Assembly (NCBI RefSeq): GCF_002113885.1 | Contig: NW_018480034.1 | Coordinates: forward strand, 22,098-86,097 | Direction of reading: 5' to 3' | DNA: 64,000 nt | Source: Mizuhopecten yessoensis | Taxonomy: Eukaryota | Shown here: piece by piece, positions 1 through 13,900 of the stretch | Numbering within the stretch: position 1 is the first letter of the stretch | Layout of the letters: each line of letters opens with the position of its first letter | Notes under the pieces: generated by a model | What the model was told of the DNA's origin: nothing | What the model saw: only the letters and a program-made list of their open reading frames with translations | The model's database searches: none | Program-made: the position numbers and the translations under genes

Positions 1-2271
1 TTTTTTTTAACTGAATGAGAAGAAATGTAAGGCCAAATATCCTCACAAACAACGCTTAAGTGAAATCAGTTTGCAACTAAGCAGTTCGAAAATTTTGCAA
101 CACGTCTGGAGAAAGACGTTCCTCGTGACGCTGTAATTCACTAGAGTAAAACGTCCGTTTATTATGTTTGTTTTTGCATAATAACTGCTATACATACCGT
201 AGAAGCACCTTCCTTTTTGTCATCGCCGCTGACAACATGCGCCATTCTCTGCGGCTTCGGCCGCATGCTTGGCCACAAGTCACCGAAATCGGGATACATA
301 GCCTTATTTATGAATCAGTAGTAGGTAAACGTTGCAGAAGTGTATGTATATTGTTCATTGTCAATGCTGCTTAAACAACATGCCTAACATTAAGTCAACA
401 CTCGCCTGCATTTTCGTCTTTTCCGCTTCGCGTTGCGAATGATGTCTAGGCCTACACAAAACGAAAGTAAAATGTGCGCATGTCTAAATGTAAGGGAGAT
501 CACTCGTGTTTTCCCGCAGTATATGTCTGAAATCATTCCGAAGGTGTTGTTGTTTTTGTGTATATTGAAATAAAAGAGTCCTGTTATATGGTAATACTTC
601 AATAAACGAAAAACACAAATCACACCAACAGACATATAAAATGTAGGCCTATCGGAGCATATTTTCGTTTCTGGCTGAGCTGTAATTAGCGAGAAGGCGA
701 TATAAAAATGCAATAGCATATCTTATGATGAAAATAGAACAAAATGATAATACTGCGAAGGTAAAAAAAGCCTTCAGGTTAGAATACCAATATGGAACTA
801 GAGAAGGACAGTGGCTAGTTCTAACATGATTCCCGGTCTCATCTGCCCCGGCCGGTTGATCCCATTTTAGTTAGGCAAGCCTGGTGTGAATCACACGGAG
901 GCGATTTTAGAATTAATTGACAGGATCCGTATCCATTAATAGGTTTGTAATATGAACTTTTTATGTTGATCTCCTACATAATTGTAAGTTATACTCCGCC
1001 TTATATTTCGTTAAATTATCAAGTTTACGTAACAAGTGCAAGCGAAATCCTAATTGACTGCCATGTTGGAAACTTCCTCAATCTTTCCGATATAGGTCAG
1101 ACGTCTAAATATGGGTGTCATGACCAAATATGGAAATTGTAGTAAACATGACCGCATCAGTAGTAATACTATATTTGGCCGTGAAGGCCATATAAGGAAA
1201 CGGATAACATCACGCGTGATCTAACATGGCCGTCGTTTCTTTTTTTAGAGTTTTTAGTAAGGATTTGTTATTTTAACGATGAACGAATATGCAATATTTT
1301 GATAACATTATAATCATATGAAGCGTGAATCAGATATATTATTACTGATTAGCACTTTTGATTATCCTCAGTTAGTTGGAACAGGACCGCTTCATAGCTC
1401 TGACCACGCAATATATAATTGTAAACAGGGACGTAAATGTCACCAATTTTAGCCAATCACAGGACAATATTTCCGTGTAAAGGGTTAATCCAGCGACAGT
1501 TCCAAGAGTAAATACGAAGTTTTAGAAGGATACTTAGTTCTAACTAAGAATAAGATTATATCCAATGACGTTTGAGTGAACTTGAGTCCGTGGTAATGGA
1601 TTTTATTTGCAGTTTGTTTAGTATTACTAGAAGGTGACGTTATGTCTCGTTTATGAATATCTGAGCTCATTAACTGAAGTATTTTTACCGGAAGTTGCGT
1701 GTAGCATGCATGACCTACATTCAAGTAGCAGTTCCCGATTGAGATAAACAGGGTGCATTTTCAATAAGAATACGACGTTGTGATAAGATCATATGTTCTA
1801 TAAAGAAAAGTAATGATATTTACAAGCCATTCAAGTGCATTTGAGTCCAAAGTTACGCATAATAAAGACAGTAGGTCCGGTATATGATTCAATTTAGTAC
1901 CAGTGACTACCGCTAGAGGCCGTCTGTGTGAAATCGACATTTATGAATATCTGAGCTCATTAACTAAAGTAATACCAATAGCTGGCGGCTAACGCCTTAG
2001 CTAAAAACTACCATGGTACCAATGCTTGGAGTGGGAACCAAGGGTGTGAATCAATCGATATCAGTCAAAACACAGGTTGGAAACCTCTCTGGTATTGTCA
2101 GACTTAATCAACTATTTATTTATTCATCATTCGATTTAAATCTAAGAATACAATTTCTGTAGGTAAATGCTCCAAAAGATGCTATATATCCTAATATCCT
2201 TTTAGGTATCTGATATGTGCTTGGCATTTGATGATTACAGTCTATGCTTAATACACCAACACTCATTACTC

Positions 2272-5200
2272 TCAGTCCATAATACACTTGATCTCGCCGT
2301 GCTTGAGGGTAAAGAATGACCCTGTTATCAATCCCTGCCGGTCAAGCTCTGCAGCAACTTTTTCTCTAGGTTCCAAGTAATGCTGAAAGTAAACACAAGA
2401 TAATGGCTGATCACACTGTGTTAAATGACGGAAGGCATTTTATATGAAATTGAAAATCATGTGTAGTAACATGTGTGTAAAGGCTAAAGGCTAGAACTTG
2501 ATTCTGGAAGAGTTCATCATCTCATGTCATTTCATAACAATTTTAAGATTATGATTTTCATTTTACAATGTCTTACCCAAACTTTATGCAAAATAAAGAT
2601 TTTCCCAACAAGCGCAACATCACGCCAAGTTTGTGTGTATTGGAACCATGGGAGAAAGTTAAAATATTGTAATATATTCCCTGTTTGCAAAATCAAAAAA
2701 CACAGAGTGTAAGTAATGAGAGAATGGGGAGTAAGTTTAGACTTTGAAACAGCCCAGTTTTTGCAGTGGGGAGAATGCATGGGGAGTAAGTTCAGACACT
2801 GTAATTGTTCTGGATAACGTGGAGTTATTACTTACCTCAAAACAGCCTAGTTGTTTGAAGGTTCCCCAGTGGATTCCAACAGAGTTTGTGGATTTTATGT
2901 CAATGTGGATCTGGACAGCTTCCTCTGGATTAACATGCTGAGGGTACATAAACCACCTACAACCAATAAACATCGAAGTGAACAAGAACCCTCAAACACA
3001 TCCACTTATCTCAGTATTTCACTTTGGCAGCAATGTGACACGCTATTATCATCTCTGATCTTGAACTTCAGATCACAAACCTATGTTTCGTATTCAACAT
3101 TCTTTACTAAGTACTCTCAAAGTCATCAAACACAAACCTTACAAGTTTCAGCATATAGAAGTCTACGACCAGACAATGCATTGCAGTGTATTGACCTTTG
3201 ACTTCTTGTTATGACCCTGACCTATCATAGGGTACAGAAATATGAGTAGTACAGGGCATAACACACAAACTCTGGTACCTATTAAAACTGCTGACAACTC
3301 ATAAGTTACATGTAGTCCGGAGAAGATCCAAACGGACAGTTGGCAGAATGCTATAGAGTATTTCTAGTCATTTTTAACCTCAGTGGAAGATACTACAAAT
3401 CCTACCAGAATTCACAAGAAAAGAGATGCAAAGTTACCAGACTCCTTATCTATCTAATATGTTGGAACAATGCACAGGGGCCAGACTCGAGCTACAATAT
3501 TTGGTAACAATGGACAGGGGCCTGATACTATCTTTTATGATGGAAATATGCACAGGGCTCAGCCACTACATTGTATCTATTATGGTGGACCATGGCACAG
3601 GGGCAACACTCTTTTATGTTGGAATAATGCACAGGGTTCGGACACTATCTATTATGGTTGACCATGGCACAGGGGCCAGGATCTATTGTGTTAGAACAAT
3701 CCCAAGAGGCAACACTATCTGTTTTGGTGGCACAATGCACAAGGGCAAGGCTATATATTATAGTGGACCATGGCACAGGGGCCAGGCCCTACTATATTGA
3801 AACTATGCACAGGGGTCAGACTCTATCAAATAATGGAACAATGCACAGAGGCAAGACTCTTTCTGTCATGATGGAACTCGACAACGAGATCAGATGCTAT
3901 TTATTATGGTGAACAAGGCACTGGGGACTGTCACCACTGTATTTTGGTGACACAGGGTCAAAACTTTTTTCTATTATGTTTGAAAAAAATACAGGAAAAA
4001 GAAATGTATCATATTGGAACTATGCACAGGAGTAAAATTCTTTCTTTAATTGTGGAACATTATGCACTGGGGCTAGACTCTTTCCATTAATTTATGGTGG
4101 AACTATGCATGGGGGCGTATTATTCATTATGATGGAACGTCTTTTTTTTTGTTTTTCTGAAAAGTGAAATATAAAATAATTTATAAACAAACAAGGTTTT
4201 GGTAAAAATGTATAATTGTTTACCTCGGTTCATATGAACCTATGGGAATGGCAGCGATTGTAAAGGGGCCATATCTCTGTCCAATCTGTTTAAACCCTTC
4301 ACAGTAGCCTGTGTCTCCAGTAAAGAAGAAGCTGTGATTAGGTCCTTTAACAACCCAGCTTCCCCACAGAGACTGAAATGTAATAAATACAAGTACCGTA
4401 CACATTTTGTGGTCTTCTTTCCTTCAACACATTTAACTCATCCACCCTAGAAGACACATTTGAACTCTTCTGATATAAAGGCTGCAATATAGTTCATTAT
4501 AAAATTTCAGGGGTGAAGGATACAAGCTATACTACATTCTATTTTTGTGTAAGAGTTATCTCCCAGTTATTGACTCATTCACCCCCCAAGACACATTTGA
4601 GCTCTTCCAAATCAAAGGTTGGAAAAGTTCATTATGAAAGTTCAGGGATGGATGAGTTAATTTTCCATAAGCATTAAAATTAATTATGTCTCAAGTATTC
4701 TGATGAACACATCATTGTAACCTTTCAAATGGGTCATTCAGTTAATGTAGTCTAACTATCATTCATAAAAGATGTTGAACATACCGGGTATATTTTTTTT
4801 TGTGGAACTCTCTAGGGAAGAAGGTTTATTTCATACTTCGGTACCACATATCCTTTAACAGTCATTGACCTAATATTTGATAATCATTCAGTTTCATCAG
4901 CAAGAGTTGTGCAGGCTCAAGTTTTATACAGGAATTATGAATAAATTTAAATCTACACTATAAGGATGTTAGAACATTTTGAAGAGTCAAACAAATACAT
5001 CTTATGTTACATTTGTCTTCTCATTTTATTTCTACTGCTCCTACCTCCGAAAAAAAATCTTAGAAATTAGCTGCCAACTCCATGTTACCTTTTTCTTTAA
5101 GAAATAAGTATTTAATGCTCTGTTTAATGTTTATTAGAAGATCAGGATTTTTTCTATAATTATTTAAAGTGCTAACTGAAAATCAAGCTCTAAAATTTTG

Positions 5201-7304
5201 GATATTCATGGCCTTCACAGTTTCAGTTCATTATCGGACATCTCAATATTTTGTGTATTTGTGGTGCATGCATGATGTATCCTTGTGTTTAAACAAAAAG
5301 TTTTTGGTACAAAATTACGTTATTAGTGTTACTAAGAGTTAATTCTATTAAAAATGATTTTGCAAAATCTTCAAATTTGAATAGCTCAACAATGACTAGG
5401 GTCTGGTTGTTCAAAAGATTATAAGTTTAATCAATGATTAGTGCAAATTATAAATTTCATGTTATCTTAAACTTGCAACCAATACTTGATTTAAAACTCC
5501 AGACTGGATTTATTGCCAAAGTAAGTTACATGCAAGCAAGCTAGCTGTTAAACAGTAAGTATGTTGACAGAATTATTAGAGGTGGTTAAACCTTGATTTA
5601 GCTTAATTATCACCTTATGAACAACTGGGGCCAGATGAGGTACACATGGCACTTTAAAAACAAAAAACATTCCGCTGACTGACAGTGCTCGCAAATTAAA
5701 TTATTTTCTGTTAAATGTTGAGTGTTTCTATTTAATCTTAGGTAAGGTTTGATATTGCTATTATAAGTATGTTTACATTAAGCAACAGTCCAATCATGAA
5801 ATACAAACTTTATTTTCATCATTCCAAGATCTTCTGGACCAGTGTTGGGTTGGTGTAAAGGCTACAGTTGTCTCCCCCTGTTTTCCCACAATTTTCTCCT
5901 CTTCCCACCAGGATAATTCAGTCACACGACCACACCCCATACTTTTCATCCATGTCTTCAGTCCCATTGGCACAAACCAGTGTAGACTAGGGCCATATTT
6001 GTTAACCAGCTGTTTTACAGATCCTACGTCTAGATGGTCATAGTGGTTGTGACTTATAACAACAATGTCAAGGGGAGGCAACTCCTGTATCGTACATGGT
6101 GGCGCCCTGTACCTCTTGGGACCCATTCGCTGTGAGAATGAACAGCGGTCACTGAAAATGGGGTCAGCAAGGACAGTCAGACCATCCAATTGAACCAACA
6201 CAGTGGCATGACCAATCCATACCAGCTGGACACAGGATGGGTCAGGGTTTGTAATTTTTTCTTGGTCAAGCTTCATTAGAGGGAGGGTCACATCCAATTC
6301 CTTAAAAGATAATATATGCACATATTCGAAAATTGTACTATTTATGATTGGGAAAATATTCATTATGCCATTCATGGAAAGCATTTCATACCAATCAACA
6401 TATAACTATTTGACACAATAAATGAAATGTGTACTTGTGGTCAAAGTATTGAAACTCCTTATCAGCAGATAATGTTTTAATTACATTAATATAATTCCAA
6501 ATTTGACCTTGGACTTTGTTACAAGTTCTGTGATTGGTTGATACATGTAATTGCACATGTGACCCATTTGAGTTGTCTCCCGTTGCATAAATGAAACTCA
6601 TCTTGAAAAAATGTTGCTAGATCTTCTATCTTTGTCTTATCGTTTATTATCAGTAATGGAATTTTTGAAAATAAATAAGTTGAAACTACAGTAGAACACA
6701 CCATTTTTTACAACTGTTTACTATGCATTGCTACAGCAGAGACGTATATATACTGGCTTTATATGTCTCTGGCTACAGCCAATCATGTGGTGTGTAAGTA
6801 AATTTCCCATAGTTCATGCTAGCATGAACATTAGAAAAATCCAGATTCCCCGACACCAGACTTAGATGTCACACCAGACATGCACCTATCTGTCTGTCAA
6901 AATCTGGTGTCAGGGCCAGTTGAAACTCAGGCTACTTTTATTTCTGAAGTTAACTATAATTAACAGTAAAACAGTTTTTTCATATACAATACATGTATTC
7001 TAAAAAATACATAAACTCTGAAAATGCTTAGTAGTTTATTAGTAGTTTATTAGTAGTCAATTTTGTCTAAAATACCAGACTTAAATAATTCCGTGAAAAT
7101 ACATTACAAGGATGAGATATGACTTGTGAGATGTACCTCTTGGCTTGGTATGTTACTTCGATCAATATCCCTGATCTTGAACTTTAATAAATTCCATAGA
7201 GAAGGTTTATGCCAGGATTTCCAGGGATTTTCAAATTTTCCATTTTTGTAAATAGGCTTTGTAAGTTCCATCTGGTCTTGGTGCTGGGTGGTTTCTCCCT
7301 CCAT
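2272..7304 (-). CDS. NAPEPLD: N-acyl-phosphatidylethanolamine-hydrolysing phospholipase D (metallo-beta-lactamase fold), 5 coding exons, 346 aa
   Basis: Exons 7137-7304, 5809-6300, 4224-4372, 2836-2956 and 2272-2382, all GT-AG with consistent phases (0,0,2,0). Motifs: [31 protein letters not shown] (HxHxDH), [56 protein letters not shown] on the minus strand at 2115-2120. Confidence 0.96.
3460..4135. repeat. Degenerate minisatellite (~38-bp unit TGGAACAATGCACAGGGGCCAGACTCTATCTATTATGG) in NAPEPLD intron 3
   Basis: TGCACAGGG/GGCACAGGG cores recur about every 38 bp. Accounts for ORFs 3426-3912. Confidence 0.8.
4437..4656. mobile_element. Two adjacent ~85-bp piggyBac-like mini-MITE copies
   Basis: TTAA-CTCATCCACCC ... 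GGGATGGATGAG-TTAA. Internal halves 4437-4520 and 4575-4656 are homologous (AAGACACATTTGA.CTCTTC...AGTTCATTAT.AAA.TTCAGGG). Confidence 0.65.
5400..5631. mobile_element. PIF/Harbinger-like MITE, older copy of the family at 49995-50230
   Basis: Ends GGTCTGGTTGTTCAAAAG / TTATGAACAACTGGGGC, similar length (232 bp), flanks TAG/CAG. Confidence 0.7.
6737..6771. mobile_element. 35-bp micro-insertion with inverted ends and 7-bp TSD
   Basis: GCTACAG-[CAGAGAC...GTCTCTG]-GCTACAG. Confidence 0.6.
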
Positions 7305-7720
7305 TACTACTGATACTGTATTTCTCAATTATAACGTCTAAAAGTAGTCCTTCCGGTCAGGGAATTTCTTACTTATATCCATAAGAGGCCGTTGGTCGGC
7401 CTAACATATTATACAATGTTTTGATGACATTTTCGCTGATGTATCGCTATATTAATTACTGCAGTACAGCAAACTATATTGAATTGATGATAAGGAGATT
7501 TTTTTCATTTGATGATGGCCTTTTGACACTATTGTCTAAAGGTTATTAGCTAATCCAGTTTCCAGGACGCATCTGTGAAAGCATTTTGGTCCAACACCTT
7601 CGTAATCCAAACCGGGGCCCCATCACACAAACTGAAACTGAAAACAGAATCAGGGTGAGGACAAAACCCGGAAAGCACTCAGGCGTGAAGATTATTTTGT
7701 TGATTATTGGTATATATTAG
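7305..7720. promoter_or_regulatory. Probable bidirectional promoter region for NAPEPLD / TRMT10C
   Basis: The genes diverge. ETS-like CCGGAA cores at ~7351 (minus) and ~7668 (plus). TRMT10C coding exon 1 is preceded by an acceptor (TTTTTGACAG, 10912), implying an upstream non-coding exon. The location of that exon is inferred. Confidence 0.35.
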
Positions 7721-7737
7721 GCTGTATCTCCCTCAAT

Positions 7738-8055
7738 ACGTCTTGGATTTTTATTCGGAGAACAGTCTAGGAAAGATTATTTTATACCCGTTACAATAAT
7801 ATAAGTTATGCGTACCATTATCTAATATTGGAAGTGAAAGTGGTGGCCGGAATGAACCACTATGAAATAAATATGGCAATATTTTCAACTGGTTTCGTTC
7901 TGATAAATACTCATATCTCGAAAAATGCTGAACCGATTTTTGTTCGGAAACAACTCTGGTCAAGGGAATTTTGCACTTGTTAATATGATACCAATTTTTT
8001 AAACACATATTTCATATTGATCGCAAAAGTGATGGCCGGAATGAATCCAAGTCGT
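7738..8055. mobile_element. Non-autonomous DNA transposon (MITE) with imperfect TIRs
   Basis: Left ACGTCTTGGATTTTTATTCGG versus reverse complement of the right end ACGACTTGGATTCATTCCGG. Internal GTGGTGGCCGGAATGAACCACTATGA recurs at ~8224-8249. Confidence 0.5.
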
Positions 8056-9429
8056 TTAAAAAATGACGAAAAAAATCTAACTTTCTCGTAAATTTCTGTC
8101 TTTTTTAACCCATTACTCGTTAATTGCAGAACCGGTGTTCGGTGAATACTCGAAGCAAGATAATTTTATAATCTTTAAGCTGATATAACTTTTATTAATA
8201 TACATCACAAACTCGATGCAAAAGTGGTGGCCGGAATGAACCACTATGACAACACCAGTAAAATGTTAAGCTAACCAGCCATTGACCATGTGCAGCTTGT
8301 AATTTTTCCCATGGTAGTTTGTAATCAGTATTTTCATTGGTCAAATAAGAAAAAAATCTCTGATATAGAATGAATAATTTTCAATATTTCACTGGTAAAA
8401 ATGTAATTAAATCTTTCCTTCATCTAAAATAATTAAAAAAGAAAAATTCACAAGCTGCTGTTTTGCATTCCGGGTTTTGTACTCGCCCACAGAATCATGG
8501 TTTATTGGAGGTTTTGAACTTCCGCTGTCGCCTTCCACCGGTTGGACCGATTGAACTGCAATGTCAGTTCATAAATGAAAGACGGGCTAAGGGGTCTAGA
8601 TTGTGTAGTTGTTACTACCAAAACTTAACAAACACTTTACATGCTTAGGTTATTATTTCTACAGCCCATCTAAGTTAATCCTGAAGATATAACACTTGGA
8701 GTCAGAAAAGCCGGTTGATCCGCATAAACAAAAATTAAAGCTCCCTTTTAAGCGTCTTACTGATAAAGACACTTGTAAGGGTAAGTTGAAACCATGTGCA
8801 GTCTGGACATAAAATGTTGATAAATATATATAGGCCTATCTACATTAACATTAATCAAATAACATAGAACGACAGCTCTTCAGTTGAAATATTTGCTACT
8901 ACGGCATAGCAGGCTTTTATAACCAGTTATATTACAAAATCGTCAACTTGATAAATTTTGAACAGGGGGCAAATTAAGACCGGGGTATGAGCACAAAAAA
9001 CTAACATATTAATACAAATTGGCGTTTAAAAGCCTTTTTCAGGTTAAAGAATTTAAAACATGACATACAAAATATTTCAAACCGTGTCGACTGTTTTGGT
9101 ATCATAGGAATTGAAAAAAGGGGAAAGGAGGTAATTCAACAGGTACTACTAGCCTACACCTTAGCTGCGATAACCAGATAACGTAGCTTTCTGACGACGA
9201 GAGATTTTTTTTTATATTGCGTCGTCAGAGGAGGCCGGGTTTTTATATTAGTACTAACCTATAATGTAATCAAGGTTGCTAACTCTGTCCCCAGAGTAAA
9301 ACGATCCCGTTTCAGAAAACATGCAATTTTTTTCGTTCATAATATGATGCCAGGAGCAGTCTAGATCGTCAGGAAAATATTTTTTATTTAATTTGATGTA
9401 TGATTTGCCATATATAATGGTATTATTTT

Positions 9430-10090
9430 CCGTATCAATTCGTCCTGGCCCCCTAGTAGTTCCGGCCCCTACCCGGTCCGTCCTTAGTAGTTCCGGCCCC
9501 TTAGTGGTTCCGGCCTCACTATCTATAGTGTTTTCCTTCGATCATAGATCACCATTGAACTATTTTTTATGCATGGATCGAATTTTTACATAAATTTGGA
9601 TATAACAGTTTTACATTTTGCTAAAATGAAAAAATATATCTAATAAGTATAGCTAACATTTACATTATGATGAAATATATCTAATATTTTGAACTAAAAT
9701 ATATACTGAATGGTATACCTGATTTATAACGGGACGTCATGATAAAATATATCTAATAAATATAATCCATATCTATACGTAATGGTATACCTAATTTATA
9801 ACGGGACGTAATGATAAAATATATCATTACTAATATATACGTTATAATTACAACTACTAAGACATGTACGGCAGTTGTCAGACATGATGAATGCAATGAA
9901 TTTTCTGTCGAAATATGTTCCTTATATGACAAAATTATTCTATTCAAGTTGCCAACTGTCTGTTTATTTGAGATCATACAAATTTGCATCTTCACACTTG
10001 GAAGATCGATAAAGGGGTACGGGCCGGAACTACTAAGGTCGGAACGACTATGGACGGGACAACTCAGGGGCCGGAACGACCTGTATTCTA
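9430..10090. mobile_element. Non-autonomous DNA transposon with inverted subterminal repeats
   Basis: Left cluster of TAGTAGTTCCGGCCCC-type motifs (9452-9515) mirrored by right cluster GGGCCGGAACTACTA/GGCCGGAACGAC (10021-10082). AT-rich interior. Confidence 0.65.
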
Positions 10091-10270
10091 ATTTTCGGTA
10101 GAATTCATGAAACATCAAAAAATGGTTGAATTTCAGTTGGTCGGACACTGTGCTGTCCTCGGGATGACACGCTAAATCCCTAGTGGGTAGCGCCTAACAC
10201 ACGACACGTACACTATTCAATGTCAGTACAGTGTTTCTACGATCAGAAACAAACTTACATGTACTTGTAT

Positions 10271-10461
10271 TATTCCGTTTTTTGCGTATTGCAGAGTTAT
10301 CTTCTCTTGTGAGCAGGTGTTGATTGTTAAGTCACTTGTTTGTGAGAGTAACGTCATCAATTTTTGAGAAAACGACATAATTTTCTCACTCAAACCAATG
10401 ACGTAACAATCAATACCTGCTCCCAAGAGAGGATAACTCTGCAATACGCAAAGACGGAAAA
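10271..10461. mobile_element. Fold-back (hairpin) MITE, ~190 bp
   Basis: TTCCGTTTTTTGCGTATTGCAGAGTTATC...GATAACTCTGCAATACGCAAAGACGGAA, with arms complementary over ~75 bp. Fragments of the AGAGTTATCTCCCTT core also occur at ~4553, 27235, 34853, 40622 and 46946. Confidence 0.85.
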
Positions 10462-10938
10462 GATCATGCCGTTACATTATCATGTTGGACACCCGAGTCC
10501 ATGGAGGTTTCAAGCTGGTCGGGCTGAGGATCTTAAATCTGAACAAAGCCTGTCATTTTCTCTAACTTTTGTGACCTTGGCGCTGATTGGCCTCTAAATT
10601 TAACGGACCAATCTGACCATATAAGTTTGGTAAAATTTGTTACCAGTTGAAAACAGGTGCATTGATATACCTATCTAAAAAAGCTCTATGTTGCTGAAAA
10701 TTTGATCAAATTTGATTGATACACAATTTTGCATAAAGACAGCACAAGAAATCACCAAAATAAAAGAAGATATTACTGCTATTTCTATCTGTTCATTTTC
10801 CAAAGTGTATTGACCGGAGACATTGGTTGTGTATTGGAAGCATTGTTTCAAAATGAGTATTCAATATTCATAAATAAAATATTTAACAAAACATTGTTTC
10901 CCTTTTTGACAGAAACTTGAGAAAAATAACCAACAGTG

Positions 10939-13900
10939 ATGTCAGTTCTTGGTGTAGGTCTTCGACGCATCGTTCGCCCTGTTTCAGTGATGCGAAGATG
11001 TTGGTCTGGGGCGAAAATAGTGTGTCCTAGCAGATATACTGTGAAAAGGACACACGTACCTTCTAGTTTATGTCGACATCTTTGTGACCAAAGGTCACCG
11101 GAGCACCTTGAGGTGATGACAAATGAAGAACAGGAAGAGAGCTGTCCAACAGAGCAGGAGGATGTTGAAGATCCTGAAAAACCTCCAAAATCCTTACCGT
11201 TACCCTCCCAGGAATTCCTTGACCTTTTGAACGATCGTCAATTGGACCATTACAAGACTATTTTAGATAAATACGAAAACTTTTGGCGTATCAAATTTGA
11301 TGATGTGAAGGTATGTACAAAATCATTGTAGCATAGACATTGAGTGGATTAGTATAGATTTACTCCTTGGGCCAAGGGGACACGATTCAGTATAAACAGG
11401 GTGACTCTTTTAGGGCTAAGAGGTGAGGCCCAATAAAGAAAATTGAGGTTAATCTTAAAGACATTCTTCTTTCCTGGGCATAAAGGTATTTTGTTCAAAT
11501 TTGCACTTGAGCATCCTTGGGCCGAGAGGATTCATCGTTTTATAAGTGGATGATGTGGTCTTCCTCTGAGGGCAGAGGAGGGGAGCCCAATAAGGGAAAT
11601 ATATAATCTGTTAAATCCTTCTTCATGGATGAAGAGATGGTAATCAAATTTGATCTATAGCATCAATTGTGAGGCAAATACATCCATATTACCAGGATTT
11701 GTTCTGCCATTTCTGTCTGTTTCCATCTCTGGGCACTTAAACCCTAATTTGTCACAACATGGAAATAAATGTAATCCACACACTGATGTAGCCATTGGTT
11801 CATGTAGAGATAAATATACCCCTGGAAACTTAGTTCCTGGAGCATATTCAAAACATATATATATGCTTGTGTAACATTCACGTAGATAAAATTCTCAAAC
11901 AGCCCAACAACAGATTAAGGCAACCCATCAAATAGCTAGCCATGTGCTGTCAATTTTGCTACGAAATATTCCAGGGGTGCAGAGAGCAAATAATTGCATA
12001 ATTCCTGGAGTATCAAGGATATTGGCAAGTCTATCCCAGGTAAAATTGAGGTAATTAAATGTCCGACTAATTGAAATCTGTTTGTAACCAACCGAGTTAC
12101 TGGTTAACTATAGCTAGCTAGCCATTGACAACCACCTGGCCCAAAAGGTGCAGGTTGATGATAATTGACCAGAAACATGCTGGTATGAAGGGCTACCAAC
12201 TTTGTTCAAATTGATGACCCTGACCTATAATAAAGGTCACAGGGGTTAATAAATTTAAAATCTTCAAACAGCTTCTGATGAATAACCATGAGGCCCAGAA
12301 TGTTGATATTTGGCCAATATCATGCTTGGATGAATGGCTATCAAGCTTTTACATTTGAATGTCCTTGACTCGCTTTCAAGGTCACAGGGTCAAATATGCA
12401 TAAGCATTTAAATGACCTTATCTCAATAAACAAAAGGTCTAGGGTAGTGATATTTTGCAAGTTGTATGCTGAGATGAAGGGTTATTAAGTTTGTTCAATG
12501 TAATGACTTTGTTCAACTTTCAAGGTCACAGGGGGCAAATGTTTTTAACAGGTTCTTTTGAATGGCTCGGTCATAAATACTGATATTTTGCCTGTAGCTT
12601 TATTTTACATCACTTTTAAGGTTACAATTGTGAGATTAATACCAGGTGAGTGATGCAGGCCCATTGGGCCTCTTGTTCTGTTTTCTAGTGATACAATTTA
12701 TTTGCATTATGATATTTTTCAGCTACGCCCCGATATCATATTGTTGGCTAATCCATGGTTGCTATATTTAAATTACATGTAATATCTTGCCAAGGTGTAT
12801 TCTCTTCCTCACCACATAATACGTAAGCAGAAGTAGGCAGAAATTCTATGATGAAATGTTGAACAAGGATAAATCAATTGCATTGCTTTTCCAGGTGCCT
12901 TCTGTCCTGAAAGATTCCAACTGGAGATTCATCCTCGGATTTGGGACATCTAAGACATTACAAGTTTTAAGAATGCTTCATAGCAGGGAGGCAAAGAAAA
13001 AACTGAAACGAGAAACAAAACCAAAAGAAAAAAATCAAAACGTCATCATGCACAGTCACACCTTACCAAACAAAAGTTCACAGAAAGCTTATGATATCCT
13101 GAAGACATACAAGGCCATGGAGTATGGCCAACAGCTTGTGTTTGACCTTGGTTTTAAAATTGATGCTGAAGTAACTCACATTTTTAGGGAAGAGAGACGA
13201 ATCAAAAAGCAAATAAACCAAATAATACATGACAACGCCAGACAAAGATTTCCATTTCACTTGGTGTTCTGTAACGTAAATGAGCAAACTCGCAGTATGT
13301 TGGAGGAAGCGGCTGGTGATATTCCCATTACAATCACAGATCAGTGCTACCTGAGCATGTTCTCAAGGAAAGACCTTGTATACCTTTCCCCTGACGCAGC
13401 GACCGAGCTCGAAACTTACAACCACAATTGTGTTTACTTAGTCGGTTGTATTACAGACCTGGAAACCAAGCCGTTGACAAAGAGCAAGGCACAAAAGCAG
13501 GGTCTCAAACATATGAGTTTCCCTATCAGAAGATACCTAGGGTGAGTTGTAACATAACAATATACTTTATTATGATCGGCTCATATAGGAAACCTGACCT
13601 ATAAAAGCTCCAGATGCAGATACTAATGACGAGAAGGGGTTGGGGGTGGTGGGTGGTGGGTGAGGGATGATGTCTCTATATTTCAGATAATTTTTCCTTA
13701 AATCAAACAAAATGAATAATTTTGTTTATAGAAAATAAAAAGTAAAAGTAAATCTTCTAAAGGATCCATTACAGGTAAAAACACCAGAGAATCCAACTGT
13801 AAAAGTTTTCATGCATACATATCTTTTAAGTTTCATTTTGGAAATAACTGTAGTGCCATTGAGCTTATGGTATGGTGTGTTGTCTGTCGTCCGTCAACTG

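Noticed and set aside
1-2050. CpG-richer region with short ORFs and a duplicated 30-mer (TTATGAATATCTGAGCTCATTAACT at ~1651 and ~1941)
   Set aside because: No recognisable protein, termini or splice structure. Likely transposon remnants or a promoter of a gene outside the window, but not supportable.
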